A DNA stretch of 64,000 bases, taken from positions 12,141,421 to 12,205,420 of the forward strand of contig NC_069000.1 of the NCBI RefSeq assembly GCF_001194135.2, read 5' to 3'. Shown piece by piece: positions 38,907 through 51,547 of the stretch. Position numbers and translations under genes: made by a program. Origin of the DNA: Octopus bimaculoides. Taxonomy: Eukaryota. Positions within the stretch are counted from its first letter, which is position 1; every line of letters begins with the position of its first letter. The notes under the pieces were generated by a model. It did not search any database. It worked only from the letters and a program-made list of their open reading frames with translations, and had not been told where the DNA came from.

Positions 38907-38958
38907 AAGGCGGCGAGCTGGCAGAATCGTTAGCACGCCGGGCGAAATGCTCAGCGGT
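38907..38958 (+). mobile_element. SINE family B 5' head fragment
   Basis: aaggcggcgagctggcagaatcgttagcacgccgggcgaaatgctcagcgg, then (GT)n. Confidence 0.85.
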
Positions 38959-39004
38959 GTGTGTGTGTGTGTGTGTGTAAGTAATTGTTTTCATATATGT
39001 AACT

Positions 39005-39240
39005 GGTAGTCCGTCGGTGATTCGATCAACGGTACAGTCTGCTCAGGGAGATTCAGCGTGATACAGAATATGACAAGGCTGGACCTTTGAAATAAAGGTA
39101 CTACTCATTTTTGTCAGTTGAGTGGACTGGAGCAACGTGAAGTAAAGTGCTTTGCTTAAGGACACATCGCGCCGCCGGTTTTCGAACTCATAGCCTTACG
39201 ATCATGAGTTAAATAACCAAACCACTAAGTCACGTGACTT
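39005..39240 (-). mobile_element. Chimeric SINE: family D head and body joined to a family C tail
   Basis: Minus strand reads D head, gctccagtccactcaactgacaaaaatgagt, then tcaaaggtccagccttgtca..tcacgctgaat..gagcagactgtaccgttgatc, which matches the tail of the C copy at 60216-60608. Confidence 0.75.
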
Positions 39241-39615
39241 CACTTTCATACATATACGCTACACTTCTATGTATGAATACCCAATTCAGATTTCGAGGAT
39301 GCGAGTAGCAATCGCCAGAGGCCACAAAATTCATTGCTATAAATGCGTTCGGTCGAATCAGTTTCTATTCTGAGATCTTCTGTAACAATCTGTTTTTTCA
39401 TTCTTTCTTTCGTTTTTTATTCCCCTTTCTCATTTTTGCCTTTTTCCTTCTTTGTTCTTCCTTTATTCTACCTCAATTTTTTCTTTCTGTTTTTTTTTCA
39501 TGCCTTTTAGCCCAACCATCGGAGCGTGAAGGGCTCCTCTCGAAAACAAGTACCTGAGATGTTTGTGATCTGTAAAGAGTTTTTGAGTAGGGACAGAAAA
39601 CAGATGTATGAGCAC

Positions 39616-39726
39616 GCAATGCGGACGTGCCTACTGGATTCGTAAAACGGAAAAGAAGAATGAAACCGCAATGCAGACGTGCCTACTGGATTCGTAAAAC
39701 GGAAGAGAAGAATGAAACCGCAATGC
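39616..39726. repeat. 52-bp tandem duplication with 7-bp junction microhomology
   Basis: Units 39616-39667 and 39668-39719 differ at 2 positions and are followed by a third gcaatgc. Confidence 0.95.
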
Positions 39727-40008
39727 GCATGTCAAAATAACTCTCACGGTTTCCTTTTCTAATACCCACCTTGCGATCTTCTAACCCAACACTTCTTTCT
39801 CTGTGGGTCTATCGCTTTATTCTTCACGCACAAGACTTCTCTCTCTCTTTTATCCCCTCTACGATAGCTTTTTGATCAGCTCTTTCTCTACGTCACACTG
39901 ATTTCCTCATACCCCACCCAGCATTCTCAACTTATGTTTTTTTTATTCCGAAAAGCCTTCTCTTATAATAGTTTACTTCGTTCTCTCGGTCTCCTCTCCT
40001 CTCTTAAT

Positions 40009-40048
<40 letters not shown>

Positions 40049-40050
40049 GC

Positions 40051-40083
<33 letters not shown>

Positions 40084-40182
40084 AACACANNNNNNNNNNN
40101 NNNNNNNNNNNNNNNNNNNNNNNATATATATGTATATATACGTAAACATACATACGTACATATATTGATATACACATATACA

Positions 40183-40219
<37 letters not shown>

Positions 40220-40526
40220 TATGTATATATATATATATACATATATATACATACATACGTACATATATACATACACACATATACAGTATATATATGCATA
40301 TTTATATATACATATATGTACGTATATTTATATATGCATACCTATGTACAAAGCTCACATACATACATGCATACATACATATGTGTGTATATATATGTAT
40401 AGATATGTATGTATATGTGAGTATGTATATATATATATGTGAGTATGTATATATATATTTATATATATATATATACATACCTATGTACGATGCTCACATG
40501 CTCACATACATACATGCATACATACA

Positions 40527-40595
<69 letters not shown>

Positions 40596-40989
40596 TTTAA
40601 CCACATCCCAGTTCCAAGTGACACCACCTCCATCGCCTCGTCATTCTGTAACTCTCCCCCTTTTCTTCGTTTCCCAGCTCTGTCTCACTTTATTGGTTTA
40701 ACCCGCCACTCCTTTTTCTAAACACTCCCACCCTGTCACTTCCAATATGCCCCATCTTTTATCCCTTCCTTCCCGTATTCTCCCACCACCACCACCACCA
40801 CAATCCTGCGACACAAGAACAGTCTTTTTACTAAGGCCCTCACCCCCTTCACGATCGTCTCCAAGGATATTCTCAGCTGTGAGGGAATAATGAGGTAATT
40901 TGATATGTGAGTTGGGCAGAGATGGCCGGACCCGGTTGGGGGGAAGCGGTGTAGGCAGAGGTAATGTAAATACAAAGCTATCTCCCCTA

Positions 40990-41345
40990 CCAGTACATAA
41001 CACCTTATTATCCCTTTCCCCCAAATTTCAGGCCTTGTGCTTATAGTAGGAAAGATTATCATTATTATTGGAAAAAATCTGAAATCATTATTTATCATCA
41101 TTATTATTAACCTTCGTCCTGTCTTTGTCCTTACATGTTTTTAATTGATATTAGCCCTTGTGGCCAATAAAACGAATTAATTATTATTATTATTATTATT
41201 ATTTTGTGTTCAAATTTCGTCAAGTTTGATTTTGTCATCCTTTCGGGGTTGATAAAATAAGTGCCATTTAAGNNNNNNNNNNACTATCGACCTCCCCCCC
41301 CAATATTTCAGACTTTGTGCCTATAGTAGAAAGGATAAAAGAAAT
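40990..41345 (+). mobile_element. Cluster of degenerate SINE family B fragments
   Basis: aaatttcaggccttgtgc.tatagtag tails, cctgtctttgtccttac..cttgtggccaataaa and catcctttcggggttgataaaataagt. Confidence 0.65.
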
Positions 41346-41369
41346 CTTCCTCCTCCTCCTCCTCCTCCC

Positions 41370-41425
<56 letters not shown>

Positions 41426-41733
41426 ATATCATCATCATCTTCACCATTATTATTATTATTGTTTTACCTCTCAGCCTGTTGTCTGCTATGAATTAATTAA
41501 TCTGACCCTGAAGAGATACAATATTCGATATTTTATAATATGCATGAGTTAGTCTGGATATTGCATCGAAATGGTCATAGGTCATAATAAAGTTTTTACA
41601 ATGGATCGTCTTTTAGCTCTTATTTAAATTGATATGCACACAAAATTGTACGATTAACAACCTTACATGTGAGAATTTTGCTACGTTGATAACAGATACA
41701 ATATTTTTACCAAATTTTAGTATAGATCTATAA

Positions 41734-41778
<45 letters not shown>

Positions 41779-42049
41779 NNNNNNNNNNNNNNNNNNNNNN
41801 NNNNNNNNNNNNNNNNNNNNNNNNNNNNNNNNNNNNNNNNNNNNNNNNNNNNNNNNNNNNNNNNNNNNNNNNNNNNNNNNNNNNNNNNNNNNNNNNNNNN
41901 NNNNNNNNNNNNNNNNNNNNNNNNNNNNNNNNNNNNNNNNNNNNNNNNNNNNNNNNNNNNNNNNNNNNNNNNNNNNNNNNNNNNNNNNNNNNNNNNNNNN
42001 NNNNNNNNNNNNNNNNNNNNNNNNNNNNNNNNNNNNNNNNNNNNNNNNN

Positions 42050-42123
<74 letters not shown>

Positions 42124-43048
42124 AGAGGAGAGAGTTGTATAGTAAATAGGTGAATAAATATTTTACAAATGGACAGATGACTAAATACTTTATATATAGT
42201 TAAATAGTCGTGGACACAAACATAGTCACACACACTGGCACACACATACAAACACACACACACACACACACAGACAGACGAAATAACAGAGACAGACTTA
42301 TTAATACAAAATCATAGAGACTATCATAAAGACAGTTAAGAAAAACAAATATCATAATAATAATCCATAGTGAGACGTAGTGAATGTTACGTATGAAAGA
42401 TTTGAGAAAGCCAAAAGAAGTTTTATCTTTCAATGTGAGGAAATACAAACAATCAAATAAAACAAATGGCCGCTGAGAAATTTACATTAAAGAAGGCATA
42501 GGTTATATTATTAAATCAAAAAGAAGAGAGAGGAACTAAACTTGAAAGGGCAAAAAGCTAAAAAGAAAAAAAACTAGCATCAACGAAAATGCATTTCAAG
42601 TCAGTATTTAAACTTAAATGACTTGATTTAAGATTTCTTGTAAATCATAGGTTCACTCCTCCTGTTCCACCATCTCCTCGTTCTTCCTTCCTTCCTTTCT
42701 CATTTTTAATCCGACCCTCCTTCACCTCCTCCTGTTCACCCCACTCCTCATTCACTTGTCTGTTTTTATACACACGTACACATATGTATGTATATATGTA
42801 ATGTATGTAAGTATGTATACACACAAACGCATATATGAGTGTATATACACGATACACGCAGATATCTGTGTGTATTTGTTTGTGTGTGCGTTTGTATTTC
42901 TCTCTCCACCCTCTCTCTCTCTCTGTATGCATATATATATATATATATATANNNNNNNNNNNNNNNNNNNNNNNNNNNNNNNNNNNAATATATACATATA
43001 TATTTATATGCGAATATATATATGTGCATCTATCTATCTATCTGTCTG

Positions 43049-43100
<52 letters not shown>

Positions 43101-43115
43101 CACACACACACACAC

Positions 43116-43159
<44 letters not shown>

Positions 43160-43326
43160 TATTAACTGACTGGAAATGGTTCATTCTGCAGTGTTTAGTT
43201 TATTTTAAAGTAATACTCTGGACGCCCTCTACCGGCATCCTGCGGAAACTCATCAAATTCATTTACATCACTTTAGCAGAAAACGAACGAAACGAGAGCC
43301 GTTCAGACTTAAAGCTCCCGACTCAC

Positions 43327-43409
43327 AAAACATTGCCAGTTCCAAACAGATCAGCAGAGACTTTTGCCATTTGCTCTGCAATTGTTCGGAACGTGTTGTT
43401 AACAATAGA
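43327..43409 (-). other. Candidate exon, 83 nt
   Basis: Strong acceptor gagttttcttttccacttcag| and donor |gtgagt. Open frame SIVNNTFRTIAEQMAKVSADLFGTGNV with an internal caaATGG. Lies in non-repetitive-looking sequence. Confidence 0.45.
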
Positions 43410-44045
43410 CTGAAGTGGAAAAGAAAACTCTGCTGCTAAGGAGTGCTAAAAGTCGCATTTCCAAGTTAATCTCACAACTCTTCCCGTCTGATGGACCATT
43501 GCGAAAAGAATAAAAATCAGAGAGAAATAAAAGTAAAAATAAAACAGAGTTGCTATGAAGAATAATTGATTAGTTTGTTGCTAGTTCGCGTTGATACGGA
43601 AAGTTTTATTATTTTTTCTTAATATAAGTAAACATGGGAATCGTTAGAGAGATGCTATTGAACAAAACAATGTTAACAGAATCTTAAATATTCATCATGT
43701 CGAATGACGGGAATATGGGAGGCAAAAGGTTATAAGGGTATTAAAAAGATGTAAGCCTTATTGAATGAAGATTTAATCAAATTTGGGACCAATCTATATT
43801 AAGAATACTTCTATTTCTCAAAGCTAAACGGCTATGCATATAACTTAAATTGATGCTGGTAGAGTAGGGTGGCTGAACTGTAAAAGTTTTAGTGTAATTA
43901 CAATAAGTAAGTTAAGGGGAAGTTACTCAAATGGATCAATTGCATGAATGATGCACACACGAAAAGTAATCTCAATGAATTGAAAATTTGTCTTGTTGCA
44001 TTCTGTTATTTCGTTCTTTTACTCGCTTTCTTCACTGAACTACGA

Positions 44046-44118
44046 CCATGCTGGCGCATCGCGGTGCTCCAGCATGGCCACAGTCAAATGACTGAAACGA
44101 GTAAAAGAATAAAAGAAA
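44046..44118 (+). mobile_element. 5'-truncated SINE family A tail with a fold-back at the truncation point
   Basis: ggtgctccagcatggccacagtcaaatgactgaaac..(taaaaga)n is preceded by ccatgctggcgcatc, an inverted copy of its first 15 nt (13/15). Confidence 0.75.
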
Positions 44119-44969
44119 TAGTGGTATAACAAGTGTTTCTCATTACTATGCGTAGAAACACACTTTTGACGTTCCTTTACCATATATAACAGGCTTGATT
44201 AGCTAGAGGACATTTTGGGTCTCTAAACACCCATGCCCAGACACAACTGAGCTCCATTTGCCCTCGTCTTGCTTATTTCTCTGGTTATATATTCTACCGT
44301 CTGACATAATTATGCAGAACAAGATTTGCTATTTTCGTGACTAGGTTAAGCTTTAAAACGGCTCAGTAAATCTGCAAAAACCCTCACAAGGTCCAGTTGT
44401 TGTGGTAGAGTATTGGTTTGTGTATCTCATTGACAAAGGGTGATGCCAATGGAGAATCTGTAAAATACACAAAAACCACCAATACTACTACTACTACTAC
44501 TACTACAACACCAGAACTTATCATCCAAGACGGTGATAGTGCAGTTTGTGAGGCAATTTGGTTGCTATTTCTTGCAGCTCGGTGAGAAACCACATAGAAC
44601 GACCTCCTCCTTGGATCATGAATTATAAAGTTAGAAACAGATGTAACGCTTTCAAGCAAAGAACCTGAAAAACATATTGGGACCAAAACTACCACAGCTA
44701 CCACTACGACGCTATTATATTTCCCACCACAATCACCAAACACAGACTAACAAGAGATTAACAGTTTGTGAATGTAGAAAAAACAGAGATCTAATGGGAA
44801 TGGAAGCAAAATAATGTCACATGAAAGTAAGCATTCAAAAGAAGTGGATTGTGGGTAATGGGGTTGTAGAGGTGTTGGGGTAGAGAGAAATGAAGTATAT
44901 GTTTTAGTACATGACGTCGCCATTAAAAGAAGCCAGATAGATAGATGGATAGATAGATAGATAGATAGG

Positions 44970-45017
<48 letters not shown>

Positions 45018-45490
45018 AGGATAGCGAGTGAGAGAGAGAGGGGGAGGGAGGGGAGAAGAAGAGAGAAAAGAACGGATGATTCGTGGGATTAAAAAGAGTA
45101 AAAGACTGAATTAAGTTCGGTTGGTGTTTGGGTTTTTCGGTCTCGGTGTCAGAAATGTTTAACGAAGATCTTTCAAGAAAATGTTATGAAACACCTGGAA
45201 CCACTGCTGTTTCCATCTGAATCCGGGCTTTCCTCATATAAACATACAAGCACAGGATAGATAGACGCCCGTATACACACACACACACATACACACACNN
45301 NNNNNNNNNNNNNNNNNNNNNNNNNNNNNNNNNNNNNNNNNNNNNNNNNNNNNNNNNNNNNNNNNNNNNNNNNNNNNNNNNNNNNNNNNNNNNNNNNNNN
45401 NNNNNNNNNNNNNNNNNNNNNNNNNNNNNNNNNNNNNNNNNNNNNNNNNNNNNNNNNNNNNNNNNNNNNNNNNNTATGTACATATATATA

Positions 45491-45700
45491 TTCTTTTATT
45501 CTTTTATTTGTTTCAGTCATTTGACTGCGGCCATGCTGGAGCACCGCCTTTAGTCAAACAAATCGACCCCAGGACTTATTCTTTGAAAGCTTAGTACTTA
45601 TTCTATCGGTCACTTTTGCCGAACCGCTAAGTTACGGAGACGTAAACACACAAGCATCGGTTGGCAAAAGATGGTGGGAGAACCCTAACCCTAACCCTAA

Positions 45701-45738
<38 letters not shown>

Positions 45739-45900
45739 CATATATACGACGGGCTTCTTTCAGTTTCCGTCAACCAAATCCACTCACAAGGCTTTGGTCG
45801 ACCCGAGGCTATAGTAGAAGACACTTGCCCAACGTGCCACGCAGTGGGACCGAACCCGGAACCATGTGGTTGGTAAGCAAGGTACTAACGACACAGCCAC
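45491..45900 (-). mobile_element. SINE family A, near full length, containing (CCCTAA)3
   Basis: Full family A alignment; aaccctaaccctaaccctaa lies at 45681-45700 where the other copies have gggacaaa. Confidence 0.9.
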
Positions 45901-46284
45901 TTGTACATACATACATACATACATACATACACTCACATATATAAACATAGTGTGCGTGATTGTATGAATGTTTGTGCATGTGTGCGCGCATGCGTGCGGA
46001 TTAGACATATGCAAGTCAACAAATATCTAGTACCAACTCATTCATTCCTTCCTTCATTCCTTCATTCACTCACTCACTCTTTCTTTCGGTTCATTGCTCC
46101 AATCTATATTCAATGTCTTTGTCATTCTTCCTTCTCAAATGCATCTTCTCTATCGCTTTTACTTTCGACTTCTTCCTTTTCATTTGCTCACTTTTTATCT
46201 TCGTCCATCTTGTCCTTCTATAATGCCTTTCTTTCTGCTAACACCCTTCAACCTCTCCCTCATTTTCACTCTGTCTCTCTCTCT

Positions 46285-46326
<42 letters not shown>

Positions 46327-46448
46327 CTTTCTAAAACTCTTTCTCTCTCTCTCTCAAAAACATATGTATATACTTATACGCCTACACCCACACGCACATA
46401 CACACACACGCACACACCCTCACACATACTCTCAGACACACACACACA

Positions 46449-46486
<38 letters not shown>

Positions 46487-47156
46487 TATATATATATATG
46501 TATATCTGCATACGGTGTATATATATACATATGCATATATTTATATTAACATATATATATGCATATATGTATTATATATATATATATATATATATACATA
46601 CATACATACATACATACATTCATGCATATATATATACATATATGCATACATATATTTATGTATGCTTGAATGTCTTATATATGTATCTGTATATATGTGT
46701 GTGTGTACATATACGTGTCTCTTAGTGTGTGTGTGTGTATATAATACACTCACATAATCTCATAGATACAAACAAGGGCATACGCACACACACACACATA
46801 CACCCTGATCCCGCCACCGCTTTCCCGCCTTCTCTTCATCTGTTATTCTACATCGCTAATCCCTCACTTCCCTGCATTATTCCACCTTACCATATTCCTC
46901 ACAAACAGTCTGGTGGCGATCACATGGAACAAATGGCGAATTATTTGAAGTCATTGATTTAAGCCATCACTTAAAACAACAATCAAAGTCGTACGTAAGT
47001 AGAAAGACACCGCCCCCCCCCCTCCACGCCACCCTAACTAAATGGATGGTGATGATTGAATGACTCATTGGTTAACAGCGCCACTTAGCGGAGGATGCGA
47101 ACACATTTGTCGAACGGAAGATAAAACACTACTACTATTGCTGCCGCCGCCGCCGC

Positions 47157-47225
<69 letters not shown>
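47157..47225. repeat. Perfect (GTA)n microsatellite preceded by (GCC)n
   Basis: Read directly. Confidence 0.95.
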
Positions 47226-47739
47226 TGTAATAGTAGTAGTTCGTTAAACATTTCTGACACCGAGACCCAAAACCCAAACACCAACCGAACTTACTTCAGA
47301 CCTTTACCCCTTTCGATCTCACGAATCATTTGTTCTTTTCTTTTTCCTTCTGCCCCTCCTCTCTCTCTAGCATTAAGTCTAGTCTACCCAAGATTATTAA
47401 TGTTCAATGTATCTAATATGTCTTCCATTTTGTTTTTTTTTGTCTTTGTCAAGATACATTTTGGTTTCCGTCTGCCATTAATGACCAAAGATGAGGGTCA
47501 GTTAGTGACCTGCACTACTGGAACAGCGTTGTTTGTGCCTGCTGCTTCTATCTTTTCTGTATACGATTTTCGAGAGGACCAAATCCTGGAAAGTATGTTA
47601 TTGGAAGAAAACTTTTTGCCCATGAAACTTGTCTTCCACTTTCCACGTCACGGGGATGGGTCCAGAATAACAGTATGGCCGTTACAATTTTGACACCAGC
47701 ATTGTCATAGGAGTTGTCAGAACGAGGTAGTTGTCAGAA

Positions 47740-48985
47740 CGAGGTATCAGTAATACTATGGCTGTGAAATCTTGCATGCATTAATTTCAACATTTCTTAT
47801 TAATATCTGCATTGTTTCTTTCCAGGTAAACTGACCTTTGTCTGCTCAAAGAAGTCTTCGAAAGTAACTAGTTGCGACTTGAAAACGAACAAAAGTTGGC
47901 ATCGCCGTATTTTCAAGTAGAAAAGGGTTTCAAGTAGAAAAGGGTTTAGCCTCCAAGAACATTCATGCTGACATAGCTGCTACAATAGAGGACGACGCTC
48001 CAGCTTTATCAAAGGTGCAAATGTGGACTGCTGAATTTAGGAGGAGAAAGGGGACTCTTGAAAATGACCCAAAGACTGGGTGCCCTGCAGCTTCCACCAC
48101 CAAGGTAAACATTGATCGTTCTAACCAGATGGTGATGGATGACAGGCGATTGACCATAAATCAAATATCCAATGCTGTTAGCATATCCCATGAGAGAGTT
48201 GACAATATTCTGCTCGGCGAACTTGGCATGACGAAGGTTTCTCCTCGGTGGGTGCCATCTCTTCTGACACCTGATCAAAAGCGCACAATGATGATCCTAT
48301 CAAAATCTTACATAGTTTGAGACAGTCCCAGCTGGTTTCCTTGAACGTTTCCTACCCAAGATGAGTGTTGGTTTCATCTCTTTAAGCCGGAGACAGACAA
48401 AGAAACAATCCATGCTGTGGAACCACCCTTCCTCACCTGCCCCAAATAAGGCCAAGGTTGTTTCATCTGCAGGGAAGGTGATGTTCTCAGTTTTTCGGGA
48501 TGCAAAAGGCATCGTGTTTATTGACCATCTCGAGATGGGCGTCATCATCAACGGAGAGTACTATGGCCAACTTGTTGAGGCAGTTACGAAAAGCTGTCAA
48601 AACCCAAAGCCTAGGAAAACTGACGAGTGATGGCATGTTTAAGCAGGACAATGCTCCAGCACACAAGTCCTTCGTTTTAATAGCAGTTGTGCGTGACTGT
48701 CACTTTGTGCTGGTTGATTACCATCCCTGTTCCCATGATTTGGCCCCATACGATGATCATCTGCTCTTCAATATGAAAAAAAGCACTTGGTCGGGAACTA
48801 GTATCGCAATGACGATGACGTCATGCTTGCTGTTGATAACATTTTTCGCCAACAGGGGGCAAAGCTTCTTCACCGATGGAGTCCTAAACCAATGCAAGAA
48901 GTGTATGGATTGCAAGTTGAATTATGTTGAAAAATAAACCTCACATGCCATGAGAGTATCCCCATCAGCTCATGAAATTTTCAGC
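47740..48985 (+). mobile_element. Mariner (DD34D) transposon, near full length; transposase is a pseudogene
   Basis: Three broken frames give KVSPRWVPSLLTPDQK (WVPHEL motif), QDECW, KQDNAPAH and SHDLAPYDDHLL, with 34 residues between the second and third Asp. Right-end TIR-like sequence tcagctcatgaaattttcagca; the left TIR is eroded. Confidence 0.92.
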
Positions 48986-49608
48986 AGATACACAAACAGA
49001 CACAGACACACACACACATACGCACGCATGCACGCACGCACATATGTATAAGCATACATACATATTTAAGCTGAACTTAGATAGCAAAATTTAAAATTCT
49101 TTAGAAACATTTAATAGTTTTGATGAGAAATGTAGTAAGAAACATTTCTTTTACAAGAGATTTTAGCGAAAACCTACATGTTAGCATATTCCTCATTTAT
49201 ACCGCATCAGATATAGAAACGAAAATCTCACGAGATGTATCAAATTCTCTAGTGTATTTCGATTCATACTGCACATGTTCAGCATGGAAAATAAAGACCA
49301 CTTCAAAGGGAATATATGGAAGGGAATTATGGTCTAACAACCTGATCCACCACAAATGAAATGATGAAAAAAAAAAAAGAAATACCTGCTTCCACTTCGT
49401 CCTTCTCTGGTGAAACGAGAATGGGTCTGAGAATGTTCATACATGTACGTACTCAGATATAAGTATACGCAAATACACACACACACAAACACACACACAT
49501 ACACGCACACATAAGACACACATACATATATACATAAGCAGACACGCTTATACAAATGCATACACCAATCGCTAACATATGCAAACAAATACGCGCATGT
49601 ATGAAGGA

Positions 49609-49652
<44 letters not shown>

Positions 49653-49843
49653 ACGCACACACACACATACATGCATATACGCAAAAACGCGTGCGCGCAG
49701 AAGTATACTATTTCTGCACACAAACGTATGTACACAGTAACATAAATATATAAACATAAAGTTGTGCGTGTGTATTATATATGTACATACTCAAGTTCGT
49801 ACAGGAACGCACACATATCCATATACACACCTACACACACATA

Positions 49844-49877
<34 letters not shown>

Positions 49878-50027
49878 ATGCATATATAATGTATATAAAA
49901 TGTGAATATATATATATGCATGTATAAACTTATAACCATATATGTCGGCTGAAATTCGAAGCCCTCCTTTTCCTCCTCCTCTACCACACTTTATTCGCGT
50001 AATTTTTTCTTCTATTTGCTACTCTTT

Positions 50028-50030
50028 ATC

Positions 50031-50064
<34 letters not shown>

Positions 50065-50860
50065 TCATCGTCGTCATTGTTGTCGTCGTCATCACCACCA
50101 CCACCACCACCACCACCACCATCATGATCATCATCATCATCGTCATCATCATCATCTGCATCATCATCATCATCATCATCGTCATCATCATCATCGTCAT
50201 CATCATCATTTTCATCATCTTCATCATCATCATCATCATCTGCATCATCATCATCNNNNNNNNNNNNNNNNNNNNNNNNNNNNNNNNNNNNNNNNNNNNN
50301 NNNNNNNNNNNNNNNNNNNNNNNNNNNNNNNNNNNNNNNNNNNNNNNNNNNNNNNNNNNNNNNNNNNNNNNNNNNNNNNNNNNNNNNNNNNNNNNNNNNN
50401 NNNNNNNNNNNNNNNNNNNNNNNNNNNNNNNNNNNNNNNNNNNNNNNNNNNNNNNNNNNNNNNNNNNNNNNNNNNNNNNNNNNNNNNNNNNNNNNNNNNN
50501 NNNNNNNNNNNNNNNNNNNNNNNNNNNNNNNNNNNNNATCATCGTCATCATCATCATCGTCATCATCATCATTTTCATCATCTTCATCATCATCATCATC
50601 ATCTGCATCATCATCATCATCATCATCATCGTCATCATCATCATCGTCATCATCATCATTTTCATCATCTTCATCATCATCATCATCATCTGCATCATCA
50701 TCATCGTCAATGTCGTCGTCATCATCATCATCATCATCATCATCATCGTCATCATCATCATCGTCATCATCATCATTTTCATCATCTTCATCATCATCAT
50801 CATCATCATCTGCATCATCATCATCGTCAACGTCGTCGTCATCATCATCATCATCAAATT
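50028..50860. repeat. (CAT)n-based repeat with a higher-order unit of about 75-80 bp; contains a gap
   Basis: The variant sequence cgt..cgt..ttt..ctt..ctg recurs in the same order at least four times. Confidence 0.85.
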
Positions 50861-51547
50861 CGTTGTTGTTGTGGGTCGTTGTCATCATCGTCATCACGAT
50901 CGTCGAGGCCGTTGTTCTGGTCGCCGTGGTCGTCGTTACCCACTGGCTGTGGTTTCGAACGCCATCTTCGCCCTCTTCGCCGTGGACATCGTTATCATTA
51001 TCATCATCATCATCATCAGCATCCTTTTCTTGTCCTCTTTTCCTCCCCTTCTCCTGCTCCTCTTCATCTTCACCCTCCCACTTGTCCTCCTAGACCTTAA
51101 CCCTCTTTCTTCTCCAGCTCCCCTTTCTCCACCCCTTCCTTCTCCCCCGTTCTCCCCTTTCCACCTCCTCCTCCGTCTACTCATCATCATCATCGTCATC
51201 ATCATCATCATTGTTATCGTCAGTAACATTATCATCATCGTCATCAGCACCGTTAAAGATTAGCGACTGAAGACATTTTAGCGTCGATTCCTTATTCTCC
51301 ATGTTCCATTATACTTGCAAAAGGTATCAACGTGCCAATACTGTATTTCTATAAAAACATTATAAATAAACGTGTGTGTATGCTTGTATATGTGTGTGTG
51401 CGTGTGTGTGTGTGTGCGCGTGTGTAAGAGAGCTGTGCCGCTGATAGTTGAGTAAATTTTATACACCAAGGGGTTGGACGATGGATGTTGTTTTTTTTTT
51501 TCTTCTGATGTAATAAAGAGTTGTCCTTTCTAACAATATTATTTTGT

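Larger units (their letters stand above)
45064..47341. repeat. Inverted repeat pair, about 103 bp (45064-45166 and 47240-47341)
   Basis: agaaaagaac..atgattcgtg..aagttcggttggtgtttgggtttt..gtctcggtgtcagaaatgtttaacgaa and its reverse complement; about 88% identical by eye. Confidence 0.85.

Noticed and set aside
39338-39363. TATAAA followed by an Inr-like TCAGTT
   Set aside because: Spacing is only 22 nt versus the canonical value of about 30, and such motifs are common by chance in AT-rich DNA.
47440-47700. Possible Tc1/maT transposase remnant on the minus strand; similar hint near 44520-44640
   Set aside because: Only vague motif echoes with no catalytic motif or TIR identifiable.
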